DNA of 64,000 nt from an uncultured bacterium (lineage in GTDB: Bacteria; Chlamydiota; Chlamydiia; Chlamydiales; VGMA01), in NCBI GenBank assembly GCA_964655475.1, contig CAZZMO010000003.1, positions 84,453 to 148,452 on the forward strand. Direction: 5' to 3'. The notes below the pieces were generated by a model. That model ran no database searches, was not told the DNA's origin, and saw only the letters and a program-made list of their open reading frames with translations. Positions 1-10,178 of this stretch are shown in pieces. The position numbers and the translations under genes are program-made. How positions within the stretch are numbered: the first letter of the stretch is position 1; each line of letters begins with the position of its first letter.

Positions 1-790
1 CTGCAGGTGATAGCTGGTAAAGGTATGCTGAACTATCAAAAGTTCCTTGCGCCTTAGGATGTCTCAATAGGTGTAGATACCAAGCCGCTTTTACTTTGCA
101 GGTGAGAAGCTGTTGCGACTGAGTTCTATACTCAAAAGATACAGCTTGTGCATGAGCCTGAGTGATTTGGTGTAGTTTTGCATGGTCTTTTGGATCACAA
201 TCTTTAAGTTTATCTCTAAAAGAAGCATGGAGTTTTACCATTGCTTCCCCAAAGGCTTGTTCTAGTGAGACCATCTTGTCAATGTGTGCTTGATATTTAG
301 CAAGGACTGGTAATAGAGCCTTTTCTGAAGGAGGGCCACCATCGACGCTAATTTGTGTTTTGATATCAGTTGGTAGGTCATTTCTGAGGTAGTTCCCTAT
401 GCGAGCATTACCTTGCTCTTTGAAGGTTTCGTAGAGCTCTAAAGATTCTTTTTGAATCGTTGCTAGGTGAGTATACTTAAGCTCTTGGTCTCTAAAGTAG
501 TCGTATACGTACTGCTTAAAGATAGGAATTGCAGCACTTGCCCCTAAGAGGACAAAGGGGATGGCGATCGGGGCGAAAATGGAAGCGGCAGCAAGAGCTC
601 CCACAGCAAGGATAGTAAAAGCTACAGTGCATAGAATTGCTAAAAACTGATTAACAAATATTTGATCCGTTAGATCCTTATATTCCTTATCAGGGTTCAT
701 TGTGAATTCTTCATTGTATTCTGCTAGTTCTAGCTTGGATAGAACCGGCATATTCATCATATGGAGAGCAATTAAATCGACAGATTGCAT
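1..790 (-). CDS. Hypothetical membrane protein with Inc-like bilobed hydrophobic domain (C-terminal part runs off the window)
   Basis: Absent from the ORF track because it has no stop inside the window. Hand translation of the reverse strand from ATG at 790-788 (MQSVDLIALHMMNMPVLSKLELAEYNEEFTMNPDKEYKDLTDQIFVNQFLAILCTVAFTILAVGALAAASIFAPIAIPFVLLGASAAIPIFKQYVYDYFRDQELKY...) stays open to nt 1 (263 codons). Residues ~49-91 form one ~43-aa hydrophobic stretch in two lobes. Confidence 0.55.
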   Translation of the reverse strand, partial: MQSVDLIALHMMNMPVLSKLELAEYNEEFTMNPDKEYKDLTDQIFVNQFLAILCTVAFTILAVGALAAASIFAPIAIPFVLLGASAAIPIFKQYVYDYFRDQELKYTHLATIQKESLELYETFKEQGNARIGNYLRNDLPTDIKTQISVDGGPPSEKALLPVLAKYQAHIDKMVSLEQAFGEAMVKLHASFRDKLKDCDPKDHAKLHQITQAHAQAVSFEYRTQSQQLLTCKVKAAWYLHLLRHPKAQGTFDSSAYLYQLSPA

Positions 791-850
791 ATAACACCAA
801 ATTAATTAAATTTGCATACCATTATACATCATGGTTTGAGAAATAAGCAA

Positions 851-1291
851 TTAATATTCAGTGTTATTAAAGTTTTTAATTGTGATGTGAATCAATTTAT
901 CATAAAAACTTTTTAAACCATGCGCTCTAGTGGGGGAAAGTGAGGCGAGGATGCCGAGCGAATTTAAAAAAATTGGTTTACATTGAAGGATGGTTTGAGG
1001 AGTTTCATTTTGATAGACGTATAAGACTATTGATATAAGTCCTTTAGTGATAAGAGCTTCTGAATGACCATGAAAAATCATTTTTTGATTTTCGAAATGA
1101 CCTGTGAGGTATGTTAGAGATTGGCAGCCCGTTACTCGATTTTCTTCTTTCCTTTCGCTTTCTGGAAAGGGGGGGAGTTGGTTACCAAAAGAGATGATCT
1201 TAGAGTATCTCTCTTCTGGGGAGAGCTCGGTATGTATAATTTTTTTTAACTCTTCTTGCTTGGTTAAGCATTGAGTGAAATCCTGATCCAT
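851..1291 (-). CDS. sufE: SufE-like sulfur acceptor (Fe-S metabolism associated domain)
   Basis: 146-aa ORF. It has RVTGCQSLTYL (the GCxS active-site cysteine context of SufE/CsdE) and the typical SPEERYSKII N-terminal helix. Confidence 0.7.
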   Translation of the reverse strand: MDQDFTQCLTKQEELKKIIHTELSPEERYSKIISFGNQLPPFPESERKEENRVTGCQSLTYLTGHFENQKMIFHGHSEALITKGLISIVLYVYQNETPQTILQCKPIFLNSLGILASLSPTRAHGLKSFYDKLIHITIKNFNNTEY

Positions 1292-1427
1292 GCTAGCATC
1301 TTTTTGAAGTTTCAGAATAATTGTAGGGAAAATCCCTCGATCTGTCTACATCGAAATAAAAGCAAAATTCAAATCGGTTCTTGCACTTATTTCGATCTAG
1401 GTTTATCGTGGTGCAAAAAGAAGACTT

Positions 1428-1652
1428 ATGTCGAAAAAAGAAGATACATTAAAAGTTGAAGGAATCATCCGCGAGCTCTTGCCGAATATGATGTTCCGAG
1501 TTGAGCTGGTAGAAAATGGTTTAGTGATTATTGCCCATCTTTGTGGCAAGATGAAGATGAAAAACATCCGCGTTCTAGTTGGGGATCAAGTAACAGTCGA
1601 AATGTCCACTTATGACCTAGATAAGGGTCGTATCATCTATCGCAAGCGCTAA
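1428..1652 (+). CDS. infA: Translation initiation factor IF-1
   Basis: 74-aa S1-like protein ([21 protein letters not shown]...[36 protein letters not shown]), near-canonical IF-1. Confidence 0.95.
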   Translation: MSKKEDTLKVEGIIRELLPNMMFRVELVENGLVIIAHLCGKMKMKNIRVLVGDQVTVEMSTYDLDKGRIIYRKR

Positions 1653-1692
1653 AACCCCTTTCAAATTTTTCAGTTTGTTTGAGTGCAGATTC

Positions 1693-1719
1693 AGGTCGTC
1701 TCAAAAGGCGACCTTTTTT
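1693..1719 (+). terminator. Rho-independent terminator after infA
   Basis: AGGTCGTC (1693-1700) / loop TCAAAA / GGCGACCT (1707-1714), one mismatch, followed by a T run to 1719. Confidence 0.5.
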
Positions 1720-1861
1720 CATCAAAATCATCCGCTTTACCCCCTTTCTGTCAGTAAAAATCATTTCTTGTCTCATCTTGTTTTTTCTCTGAGGAATCTC
1801 TCAATTCCTAGGGAAACGGGGGAGTAAAGTAAAAACTCAGCTTATAAGTTGAAAATCTTGC

Positions 1862-1890
1862 TTGCGTTTTTTTTTAAAGAAGATTATGCT
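1862..1890 (+). promoter_or_regulatory. Candidate sigma-70-type promoter for tRNA-Thr/tuf
   Basis: TTGCGT (1862-1867), 17-nt A/T-rich spacer, TATGCT (1885-1890), ~75 nt upstream of tRNA-Thr. Pattern match only. Confidence 0.25.
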
Positions 1891-1964
1891 CTCGGCATTC
1901 TGCTTTAATTAGCACAGAGGAAAGTGTCTTTTGTGCAAGACAGAAAGAGTCGGCCTAGAGTAGA

Positions 1965-2036
1965 GCCCAGATAGCTCAGAGGTAGAGCACTTGCATGGTA
2001 AGCAAGAGGTCGTAGGTTCGATTCCTATTCTGGGCA
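1965..2036 (+). tRNA. tRNA-Thr (anticodon GGU)
   Basis: Hand-folded cloverleaf: acceptor GCCCAGA/TCTGGGC, D arm GCTC-AGAGGTA-GAGC, anticodon arm CTTGC-ATGGTAA-GCAAG, T arm GTAGG-TTCGATT-CCTAT, discriminator A, no encoded CCA. It sits in the classic position upstream of tuf. Confidence 0.95.
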
Positions 2037-2065
2037 AATGAATTAATTTCGGAGGAAAAGTCCAC

Positions 2066-3250
2066 ATGGCAAAAGAAGCTTTTAAAAGAGATAAACCGCA
2101 CGTTAATATAGGCACCATTGGTCACGTTGACCATGGTAAAACAACACTGACAGCCGCGATTACGAAGTACCTTGCTTCTAAAGGCTTAAGTGCATTCAAG
2201 GGTTACGATCAGATCGATAACTCTCCAGAAGAAAAAGCACGTGGTATTACGATCAATTCCAGCCACGTTGAATACCAAACAGAAAAGCGCCACTATGCGC
2301 ACGTAGATTGTCCGGGCCACGCTGACTATGTCAAAAACATGATCACTGGTGCGGCGCAGATGGACGGAGCGATTCTCGTGGTTGCTGCTACAGACGGTCC
2401 AATGCCACAAACAAAAGAACACATCTTGCTTGCTCGTCAGGTCGGTGTTCCTGCGATTGTTGTGTTCATCAACAAGATGGACATGATCGGCAAGGGTGAC
2501 GAAGAGCTCGTTGACCTCGTAGAGATGGAAATTGCTGAGCTTCTCGAAGCAAAAGGCTACAAAAACACGCCGATCGTTCGTGGATCTGCTCTTCAAGCTC
2601 TTGAAGGGAATCCTGAGTGGGAAGCATCCATCGGAAAATTAATGGACACAGTGGATGAATTCATCCAAACTCCAGCTCGTGAGAAAGATAAGCCTTTCTT
2701 AATGCCAATTGAAGATGTGTTCTCCATTTCTGGTCGTGGTACAGTAGCGACAGGTCGTGTTGAGCGAGGCGTTCTCAAAGTAAACGATAAAGTTGAACTC
2801 GTCGGTATTAGACAAACGAAAGATTCTGTTGCTACAGGTCTTGAGATGTTCAACAAACTTCTTGACACAGCTGAAGCTGGTGAGAACGTTGGAGTTCTCC
2901 TACGCGGTATTGACAAGAAAGATATTGACCGCGGGATGGTTCTCGCAGCTCCTGGAACTTGTAAAGCTCACAAGAAGTTTAAAGGTGCGGTATACGTATT
3001 GACAAAAGACGAAGGTGGAAGACATAAACCGTTCTTCACCGGATACCGTCCACAGTTTTACTTCCGTACAACAGACGTAACAGGAACTGTAAAACTTCCA
3101 GCTGGAACAGAGATGGTTATGCCAGGCGATAACGTAGAGATCGAGGCAGAACTCATCACTCCAGTAGCGATGGAACAAGGTATGCGCTTTGCGATTAGAG
3201 AAGGTGGCCGCACAATTGGTGCTGGAACAATTTCTCAAATTCAAGAGTAG
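2066..3250 (+). CDS. tuf: Elongation factor Tu
   Basis: 394 aa with [18 protein letters not shown] and NKMD GTPase motifs. GGAGGA RBS lies upstream. Confidence 0.98.
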   Translation: MAKEAFKRDKPHVNIGTIGHVDHGKTTLTAAITKYLASKGLSAFKGYDQIDNSPEEKARGITINSSHVEYQTEKRHYAHVDCPGHADYVKNMITGAAQMDGAILVVAATDGPMPQTKEHILLARQVGVPAIVVFINKMDMIGKGDEELVDLVEMEIAELLEAKGYKNTPIVRGSALQALEGNPEWEASIGKLMDTVDEFIQTPAREKDKPFLMPIEDVFSISGRGTVATGRVERGVLKVNDKVELVGIRQTKDSVATGLEMFNKLLDTAEAGENVGVLLRGIDKKDIDRGMVLAAPGTCKAHKKFKGAVYVLTKDEGGRHKPFFTGYRPQFYFRTTDVTGTVKLPAGTEMVMPGDNVEIEAELITPVAMEQGMRFAIREGGRTIGAGTISQIQE

Positions 3251-3261
3251 CAGGTTAATAT

Positions 3262-3293
3262 GGGGGAGGTGTATACTTCCCCCTAATATTTTT
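3262..3293 (+). terminator. Hairpin plus T run between tuf and tRNA-Trp (attenuator or processing signal)
   Basis: GGGGGAGGT / GTAT / ACTTCCCCC, a 9-bp stem (one G-U) at 3262-3283, then TAATATTTTT ending at 3293. tRNA-Trp begins at 3294. Confidence 0.4.
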
Positions 3294-3369
3294 GGGAGTG
3301 TAGCTCAGCTGGTAGAGCGTCGGTCTCCAAAGCCGCAGGTCGGGGGTTCGATCCCCTCCACTCTCGCCA
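3294..3369 (+). tRNA. tRNA-Trp (anticodon CCA), CCA end encoded
   Basis: Acceptor GGGAGTG/CACTCTC, D arm GCTC-AGCTGGTA-GAGC, anticodon loop CTCCAAA, T arm GGGGG-TTCGATC-CCCTC, discriminator G plus CCA. Position upstream of secE is conserved in many bacteria. Confidence 0.95.
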
Positions 3370-3396
3370 AATAAAAACCAAGAGAAGGTCCGAGAG

Positions 3397-3648
3397 GTGA
3401 CTCAAAAAGTAGTGTCGTTAGTACAAGACAATAAAATACCGAAAGCTGCTTCTAAGGAAAGCTTTTTACAAGGCCTGAAAGAAGAGCTTAAAAAGGTCTC
3501 ATGGACCTCTAAAGCAGAGTTGATTCTCTGTACCAAAATTGTGGTTGGGGCTACGTTTTCTCTTAGTCTTGCCATTTATGTTGTTGATTTGTTAGTGCGT
3601 GGCGTGGTGAATGGGTTTCACCAAATCGTTAAGTTGATTGGTTTTTAA
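3397..3648 (+). CDS. secE: Preprotein translocase subunit SecE
   Basis: 83 aa with a GTG start. It has ELKKVSWTSKAE (SecE signature) followed by a single C-terminal TM, and lies just upstream of nusG. Confidence 0.85.
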   Translation: MTQKVVSLVQDNKIPKAASKESFLQGLKEELKKVSWTSKAELILCTKIVVGATFSLSLAIYVVDLLVRGVVNGFHQIVKLIGF

Positions 3649-3662
3649 ATGGATGGTAGAGA

Positions 3663-4202
3663 ATGCATTCGTGGTATGTAGTACAAGTTCTGTCTGGACA
3701 GGAAAATAAGATTAAGAAAGCCGTCGAAGAGAATCGCGAGGCGAGTGGCGTAGGTGGATCGATTTTAGAGATTCTCGTTCCCACAGAGAATGTAGCAGAA
3801 GTGAAGAAAGGGCAACAGCACATCGTAGAAAAGAAGATCTGGCCTGGCTATATTCTAGTAAAGATGCAACTCACAGATGAGTCATGGCAGTATGTAAAGA
3901 ATACGAACGGGGTTATCGATTTTCTAGGAAGTGGAAGCCCGACTCCTCTGTCAAATGACGAAGTAGATAAGTTAATCGCCGACCTTTCTAAGAAGGAAGG
4001 TGAGATTGTTCATAAGCACGATATCCGTCAAGGTGATGCTGTAAAAATTATTGACGGTGTGTTTGCAAACTTCACTGGTACGGTTGTTACGATTGCCCAT
4101 GACAAGGGCAAGCTCAGTGTTGTTGTGTCCATTTTCGGTCGTGATACCCAAGTGGATGACCTCGAGTTTTGGCAAATAGAAAAAGTTATAGAAGAAAAGT
4201 AG
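3663..4202 (+). CDS. nusG: Transcription termination/antitermination factor NusG
   Basis: 179 aa. N-terminus WYVVQVLSGQENK (NGN domain) and a C-terminal KOW-like GDAVKIIDGVFANFTGTV. Confidence 0.95.
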   Translation: MHSWYVVQVLSGQENKIKKAVEENREASGVGGSILEILVPTENVAEVKKGQQHIVEKKIWPGYILVKMQLTDESWQYVKNTNGVIDFLGSGSPTPLSNDEVDKLIADLSKKEGEIVHKHDIRQGDAVKIIDGVFANFTGTVVTIAHDKGKLSVVVSIFGRDTQVDDLEFWQIEKVIEEK

Positions 4203-4210
4203 AGTGAACT

Positions 4211-4636
4211 ATGGCGAAGAAGGTTGTAAAAATAATTAAACTGCAAATTCCAGCGGGAAAAGCGAATCCATCCCCTCCGATCGGCCCTGCCCTCGGTTCT
4301 GCTGGAGTGAACATCATGGGATTTTGCAAAGAATTTAACGCAAAAACCCAAGATAAAGCAGGTAGCGTACTCCCTGTTGTGATTTCTGTATATCAAGACA
4401 AAAGCTTTACATTTGAGCTCAAGCAACCGCCTGTAGCTGAGATGATCAAGAAGGCTGCTGGAGTTGAGAAAGGTTCAGGAGTGCCAAACAGAGATAAAGT
4501 AGGAAAAATCTCTAAAGACCAAGTTAGAGCGATTGCGAAGGCGAAAAAGCCCGACTTGCGATGTAAAAACGAACAAGCAGCTATGCTCCTAGTTGAAGGG
4601 ACAGCCCGTTCAATGGGTGTAGATGTAGTAGCGTAA
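4211..4636 (+). CDS. rplK: 50S ribosomal protein L11
   Basis: 141 aa; [21 protein letters not shown] is the canonical L11 N-terminus. Confidence 0.97.
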   Translation: MAKKVVKIIKLQIPAGKANPSPPIGPALGSAGVNIMGFCKEFNAKTQDKAGSVLPVVISVYQDKSFTFELKQPPVAEMIKKAAGVEKGSGVPNRDKVGKISKDQVRAIAKAKKPDLRCKNEQAAMLLVEGTARSMGVDVVA

Positions 4637-4646
4637 AGGAAAAGAC

Positions 4647-5333
4647 ATGGGTAAGCTAAGTAAAAGATTTAAAGAAATTCACGCAAAAGTGGATTTCGGC
4701 CGTGTTTACACGGCAAAAGAGGCACTCAAAGTTCTAAAAGACATGCCTCTTGTGAAATTTGACCAGTCTCTCGAATTATCGATGAAGTTGGGTGTCGATC
4801 CTAGAAAAGCAGATCAGCAAGTGCGTGGTACTGTCAGTTTGCCAAAAGGAACTGGAAAGACGATTCGCGTAGCTGTTTTAGCTCAAGGGGAAAAAGCGAA
4901 AGAAGCGACTAACGCAGGTGCTGACGTTGTGGGTGCTTTAGAGCTCATTGAGAAGATCAAAGAAGGGTGGTTAGACTTTGATGCTCTGATCACAACTCCT
5001 GATCTTATGAGAGAAGTTGGAAAGCTCGGAAAGGTGTTAGGTCCTCGTGGTTTAATGCCAACGCCAAAAGCTGGAACAGTAACAACCGATATCGGTAAAG
5101 CTGTTCAAGAAATTAAGGCAGGAAAGGTGGAGTTCAAGGTCGACAAGAACTCTGCAATCCAGCTCGCTTTTGGTAAGCTTTCGTTCTCTGTAGAAGATTT
5201 ATTAGAAAACTTTGAGGCTCTTTTTGCAGCCATTCAACGAGCTAAACCATCTTCCCTTAAAGGGACTTACGTAGAGTCTATCTATTTGTCTTCTACGATG
5301 GGCCCAGGGTTAAAGCTGAATTTAGTAGGATAA
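4647..5333 (+). CDS. rplA: 50S ribosomal protein L1
   Basis: 228 aa; [24 protein letters not shown] and [16 protein letters not shown] are L1 signatures. Confidence 0.97.
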   Translation: MGKLSKRFKEIHAKVDFGRVYTAKEALKVLKDMPLVKFDQSLELSMKLGVDPRKADQQVRGTVSLPKGTGKTIRVAVLAQGEKAKEATNAGADVVGALELIEKIKEGWLDFDALITTPDLMREVGKLGKVLGPRGLMPTPKAGTVTTDIGKAVQEIKAGKVEFKVDKNSAIQLAFGKLSFSVEDLLENFEALFAAIQRAKPSSLKGTYVESIYLSSTMGPGLKLNLVG

Positions 5334-5345
5334 AGGGAAAAGACG

Positions 5346-5882
5346 ATGCTTAAGGAAAAAGAATTCTTACTAGACGAGATCAAGGAAAATATCACCCTTG
5401 ATACAGGTTTTATCATTATGAGCTACAACAAACTAGCTCCTAACCTTGTTGCTGGCTTTCGTCAAGGATTGTACGATCAAGGAAGTCGTTTGCTAGTTAC
5501 AAAGAAACGCCTGTTTTGCAAAGCGGCTGAAAGCTTTGGTTGCCAATACAGTGTTGACGATTTAGAAGGTCACATTGCTATTGTAAGCTGCACAGATGAT
5601 TTTGTGCAGACAGCAAAAGCTCTTTGTAAATTTCAAAAAGAAAATGACGAAAACGTTCGTGTACTTGGAGGCTACTTTCAAAGTAAGCCTTGTACAGGGG
5701 CGCAAGTCAAGGTAATTGCAGAATTACCAAGCCTAGACGAGATGAGAGCTCAAATGCTTGGCCTCTTTGAAGCGCCGATGAGCCAGACACTTGCTGTCTT
5801 TGATGCGATACTGACAAGTGTTCTCCACTGCTTGGAAAATAAAATACAAAAAGAAAATGAACAACTAGAGGTAAAGTCGTGA
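5346..5882 (+). CDS. rplJ: 50S ribosomal protein L10
   Basis: 178 aa between rplA and rplL, with an L10-like N-terminal domain. Confidence 0.9.
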   Translation: MLKEKEFLLDEIKENITLDTGFIIMSYNKLAPNLVAGFRQGLYDQGSRLLVTKKRLFCKAAESFGCQYSVDDLEGHIAIVSCTDDFVQTAKALCKFQKENDENVRVLGGYFQSKPCTGAQVKVIAELPSLDEMRAQMLGLFEAPMSQTLAVFDAILTSVLHCLENKIQKENEQLEVKS

Positions 5883-6286
5883 GTACAATGACAGATAAGA
5901 CATTAAAATTAGTAGAAGAGCTAAGCCAACTTAGTGTTCTAGAACTTGCAGAATTGAAAGTAGCTCTCGAAGAGAAGTGGGGCGTTAAGGCTGCTGCGGC
6001 TGCAGTTGCAGTTGCTGCTGCTGCTGTTGCTGCTGCTGCTGCGCCTGCTGCAGAAGCAACAGACTTTAAAGTATTGCTTGTTTCTAAAGGTGCTAATGCG
6101 ATCTCTGTTATTAAAGAGATCAGAGCTATCACCAACCTTGGCTTGAAAGAAGCTAAAGATCTTGTTGATGGTGCAGATAGTGGACCTAAAGAAGTTAAAG
6201 CGTCCGCACCAAAAGCTGAAGCAGAAGAGATTAAGAAGAAATTGGAAGCTGCTGGAGCGAAAGTAGATCTTAAGCCTAATGCATAA
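5879..6286 (+). CDS. rplL: 50S ribosomal protein L7/L12
   Basis: Ala-rich hinge ([23 protein letters not shown]) and C-terminal domain [24 protein letters not shown]. The GTG at 5879 overlaps the rplJ stop; the ATG at 5888 (MTDKTLK) is an alternative start. Confidence 0.95.
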   Translation: MSTMTDKTLKLVEELSQLSVLELAELKVALEEKWGVKAAAAAVAVAAAAVAAAAAPAAEATDFKVLLVSKGANAISVIKEIRAITNLGLKEAKDLVDGADSGPKEVKASAPKAEAEEIKKKLEAAGAKVDLKPNA

Positions 6287-6302
6287 TTAGGTGTAGTGGT
6301 TT

Positions 6303-6350
6303 AGAGCAGAAGACATGTACAGTCTTCTGCTCTTTAGTATTTTCATTTTT
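6303..6350 (+). terminator. rplL-rpoB intergenic hairpin (terminator/attenuator)
   Basis: Perfect 12-bp stem AGAGCAGAAGAC (6303-6314) / GTCTTCTGCTCT (6322-6333) with a 7-nt loop, followed by a T-rich tract. An attenuator at this junction is well known in E. coli. Confidence 0.6.
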
Positions 6351-6404
6351 TGACCCTTCATGAAGAAGGGTTACGTGCTATATGCTACTAGGGGAGAGGC
6401 ATCA

Positions 6405-9400
6405 ATGATAAAAAAAGCACCTAAAAGGGTGAGCTTTCACGAACACGAAGAAATTATCGATCTTCCTAATCTCATCGAAGTTCAAATTAAGTCTTACAAA
6501 CAGTTTTTGCAGTCAGATCGCTTGCCTGCAGAGAGAGAAAGCGTAGGTTTAGAGGAAGTTTTTAAGGAAATATTCCCTATCAAGTCCTACGATGAAAAGA
6601 TCACTTTAGAATATATCTCTTACATTCTTGGTGTGCCTAAGTATAGTCCGCAAGAGTGCATAAGACGGGGCATTACATATAGTGTCCCTCTCAAAGCAAA
6701 TTTCCGTTTAACTGACGAAACAGGGATTAAAGAGGAAGAAGTCTATATGGGGACCCTTCCTAAAATGACAGAACGGGGAACGTTTGTCATCAATGGTGCT
6801 GAAAGGGTCATCGTATCTCAGCTCCACAGATCTCCTGGTATTTGTTTTGAAAGCGAGAAGCACCCGAAAGGGAACATTCTCTACTCCTTCCGCGTTATCC
6901 CTTACAGAGGTAGCTGGTTGGAAGCGTCTTTCGATATCAACGACTTGATCTATGTTCACGTTGATAAGAAGAAGAGAAGAAGAAAGATTTTAGCGACATC
7001 TTTTATCCGAACACTTGGCTATTCTTCTGATGCAGACATCATTGAAGAGTTTTTCAATACACAAAAGATGAAGTTGAAGTCAGAAAAAGACTTTGCTCGC
7101 ATCGTAGGGAAAATCCTTGCTGAAGATGTTGTCGAAGAAGAGAGTGGAGTCGTATTCGGAAACGCTGGGGAAAAATTGACAACAGCAATGTTGAAAAGGA
7201 TCCTCGACGCGAAGATCGCCACTGTTAGAATCGCGGAAGATGCGGATGAGACCCATCCGATCATCAAGATGCTCGCAAAGGATCCAACTGATTCCTACGA
7301 ATCAGCGTTAAAAGATTTTTACCGTAAACTCCGCCCAGGTGAGCCTTCTACCTTAGCTAACTCTAGAACTATGATCATGCGTCTATTCTTTGATGCAAAG
7401 AGATATAACCTAGGGAAAGTAGGACGTTACAAACTTAACAAGAAGCTCGGCATCCCAACAGATGACGAAGCTCTTGAGAATGTAACACTTAGAAAGCAAG
7501 ATATCATCTTGGCAATCAAGTACTTGATTAAACTCCGTCAAGGAGATGACAGCGTTCATCTCGATGACATCGACCATTTAGCGAATCGACGCGTTCGTTC
7601 TGTGGGTGAGCTCGTGCAAAACCAATGTCGCATTGGATTTGTTCGTATGGAAAAAATCATTAAGGAGAGAATGAACCTTTTTGATTTCCAATCAGATACA
7701 CTCACGCCAGCGAAAGTCATTTCTTCTAAGGGATTACAGTCTGTTATTAGAGACTTCTTCGGAAGATCTCAATTGTCCCAGTTTATGGACCAGACAAACC
7801 CACTCGCAGAATTGACTCACAAGCGCCGTCTATCGAGCTTGGGGCCAGGTGGTTTGAACAGAGATCGCGCAGGATTTGAAGTGCGTGACGTTCACACCAG
7901 CCACTACGGTCGTATTTGTCCGATTGAAACGCCTGAAGGTCCGAACATCGGTTTGATTACTTCGATGTCCTCCTTCGCAAAGATTAACGAATTCGGCTTC
8001 ATCGAAACACCTTATCGCATTGTTCGTGATGGGGTAGTGACAGATGAAATCGAATACATGACAGCTGACCAGGAAGAGAACTGCGTTATCGCGCAGGCAT
8101 CTGCCGAGTTAGACGACTTTAAAATGTTTAAAGATGATATCGTCTGGGCACGTCAAAATGGGGAATCTTTGAAGATTGAAGCTTCAAAAGTAACCCACAT
8201 GGACGTCTCTCCAAAGCAGCTCGTCTCGATTGTTACAGGTATGATTCCATTCTTGGAGCATGACGATGCGAACCGTGCCCTCATGGGTTCGAACATGCAA
8301 CGTCAGGCTGTACCTCTACTTCGCACCGATTCTCCATATGTGGGAACAGGGATCGAGCTCAGAGCAGCTCGAGATTCTGGCGCGGTTATCGTAGCAGAGG
8401 AAGAAGGAACTGTTGAGTATGTCGACGGTCTCAGAATCGTGATTGCACTCAAAGCAAACCCACTCAATAAAAAGACTTACGTTCTCGACAAGTTCATGAG
8501 ATCGAACGCAGGTACTTGCCTCAATCAAAAGCCGATTGTTAAAGTTGGCGATGAGATCAAGGCAGGGGACATCATTGCAGACGGTCCAGCGACAGATCGA
8601 GGTGAAGTAGCTCTTGGGAAAAACGTTCTTGTAGCGTTCATGCCTTGGTGTGGATACAACTACGAAGATGCGATCATCATCTCGGAAAAACTCATCCGAG
8701 AAGATGCCTATACTTCCATTTATCTAGAAGAGTTTGAGCTCACTGCTCGAGATACAAAGCTCGGTAAAGAAGAAATCACTAGAGATATTCCGAACGTCTC
8801 TGAAGAGGCTCTCATGAACCTCGGAGAAGATGGTATCATCCGCATCGGTGCGGAAGTAAAACCAGGGGATATTCTTGTTGGTAAGATCACGCCGAAGTCA
8901 GAAACAGAGCTTTCACCAGAAGAGCGCCTACTCAGAGCGATTTTCGGTGAGAAAGCTGCAGATGTTAAGGATGCGTCATTGACAACACCTCCAGGAACTG
9001 AGGGTGTCGTTATGGATGTCAAAGTCTTCAGCAGACGTGACCGCCTATCCAAGACTGATGACGAGCTTGTAGAAGAGAGGGGAAGAGCCCAAGATCTTCA
9101 AAAAGAATACAAAGATCGTGAAATGGAAATCACGCTAGAGATGCATGAAAAGCTCGGCGTACTCCTTATCGATCAGGCAGCTCCTGACCACATTATGCAC
9201 CGCAAGACGGGAGATATCATCATCAAGGCTGGAGAAGAGATTTCACAAGATCTTCTCGAAGCACTCGAAGCTGAAAATCTTGATGACCTCATCATCCCGC
9301 AAAACGAAACATATGATGCCATGAAGAAAATCTTGATGGATCATCAGATTGCGGTTGAGAGCTTGCAGACTGAATACAAGAGCGAAATCGACTTCATGAA

Positions 9401-10178
9401 AAAGGGAGACGTAGAGCTCGATGCAAACGTAATCCGTCAGGTGAAAGTCTATATCGCCACAAAGCGAAAGCTTCAAGTGGGTGATAAGATGGCTGGACGC
9501 CACGGTAACAAAGGGGTTGTATCTAAACTCGTTCCAGAGTGCGATATGCCATACATGAAAGATGGTGAGACGGTCGAGATCATCTTGAACCCTCTCGGCG
9601 TACCTTCTCGTATGAACTTGGGACAGATGTTAGAGACCCACCTCGGTTTTGCAGCGAAAAAATCAGGAATATACGTAAAAACTCCTGTATTCCAAGGGTT
9701 TCCAGAGGAAAAGATTTGGGAGATGATGCAAGAGCATGGCTATCAACCAGATGGGAAGATGTTCCTCTACGATGGAAGAACAGGTGAGCGTTTTGACAAC
9801 CGCGTTGTAGTGGGCTACATCTACATGATGAAACTTTCCCACTTAGTTGCGGATAAAATCCACGCTCGTGCGATTGGACCATACTCGCTTGTCACACAGC
9901 AGCCGCTCGGTGGTAAAGCGCAGATGGGGGGACAGCGTTTCGGGGAGATGGAGGTATGGGCTCTTGAAGCTTATGGTGCCGCTCACCTCTTACAGGAAAT
10001 GCTAACCGTAAAATCGGACGATGTTGCGGGTCGAACAAGAATCTATGAATCGATTGTCAAAGGGGACAATTCATTAAAAGCAGGAACACCAGAATCCTTT
10101 AACGTTCTCGTTAAAGAGATGCAAGGTCTCTGCCTCGATGTACGTCCATTGACATTCGCAAGCGATTTGGGGGAATAA
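6405..10178 (+). CDS. rpoB: DNA-directed RNA polymerase subunit beta
   Basis: Full-length RpoB homology is evident throughout. I prefer the ATG at 6405 ([11 protein letters not shown], preceded by GGGGAGAGG) over the track start at 6360, which has no RBS and lies just after the terminator T-tract. Confidence 0.97.
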   Translation: MIKKAPKRVSFHEHEEIIDLPNLIEVQIKSYKQFLQSDRLPAERESVGLEEVFKEIFPIKSYDEKITLEYISYILGVPKYSPQECIRRGITYSVPLKANFRLTDETGIKEEEVYMGTLPKMTERGTFVINGAERVIVSQLHRSPGICFESEKHPKGNILYSFRVIPYRGSWLEASFDINDLIYVHVDKKKRRRKILATSFIRTLGYSSDADIIEEFFNTQKMKLKSEKDFARIVGKILAEDVVEEESGVVFGNAGEKLTTAMLKRILDAKIATVRIAEDADETHPIIKMLAKDPTDSYESALKDFYRKLRPGEPSTLANSRTMIMRLFFDAKRYNLGKVGRYKLNKKLGIPTDDEALENVTLRKQDIILAIKYLIKLRQGDDSVHLDDIDHLANRRVRSVGELVQNQCRIGFVRMEKIIKERMNLFDFQSDTLTPAKVISSKGLQSVIRDFFGRSQLSQFMDQTNPLAELTHKRRLSSLGPGGLNRDRAGFEVRDVHTSHYGRICPIETPEGPNIGLITSMSSFAKINEFGFIETPYRIVRDGVVTDEIEYMTADQEENCVIAQASAELDDFKMFKDDIVWARQNGESLKIEASKVTHMDVSPKQLVSIVTGMIPFLEHDDANRALMGSNMQRQAVPLLRTDSPYVGTGIELRAARDSGAVIVAEEEGTVEYVDGLRIVIALKANPLNKKTYVLDKFMRSNAGTCLNQKPIVKVGDEIKAGDIIADGPATDRGEVALGKNVLVAFMPWCGYNYEDAIIISEKLIREDAYTSIYLEEFELTARDTKLGKEEITRDIPNVSEEALMNLGEDGIIRIGAEVKPGDILVGKITPKSETELSPEERLLRAIFGEKAADVKDASLTTPPGTEGVVMDVKVFSRRDRLSKTDDELVEERGRAQDLQKEYKDREMEITLEMHEKLGVLLIDQAAPDHIMHRKTGDIIIKAGEEISQDLLEALEAENLDDLIIPQNETYDAMKKILMDHQIAVESLQTEYKSEIDFMKKGDVELDANVIRQVKVYIATKRKLQVGDKMAGRHGNKGVVSKLVPECDMPYMKDGETVEIILNPLGVPSRMNLGQMLETHLGFAAKKSGIYVKTPVFQGFPEEKIWEMMQEHGYQPDGKMFLYDGRTGERFDNRVVVGYIYMMKLSHLVADKIHARAIGPYSLVTQQPLGGKAQMGGQRFGEMEVWALEAYGAAHLLQEMLTVKSDDVAGRTRIYESIVKGDNSLKAGTPESFNVLVKEMQGLCLDVRPLTFASDLGE

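Noticed and set aside
1-6. Window begins with CTGCAG (a PstI site)
   Set aside because: This is probably coincidence or a clone or contig boundary and has no biological meaning.
1909-2118. 69-aa minus-strand ORF
   Set aside because: It overlaps tRNA-Thr and the tuf start, so it is spurious.
5707-6135. 142-aa Ala-rich ORF on the minus strand, and the GCT/GCA-rich DNA at ~5990-6055 that looks like a simple repeat
   Set aside because: It is the mirror image of the rplL alanine hinge codons (GCTGCTGCA runs). The repeat is coding low complexity, not a repeat element or a gene.
6360-6404. 15-codon N-terminal extension of rpoB in the ORF track
   Set aside because: There is no RBS before 6360, and it lies just after the attenuator T-tract. 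The ATG at 6405 has GGGGAGAGG upstream and gives an N-terminus that aligns with other RpoB proteins.
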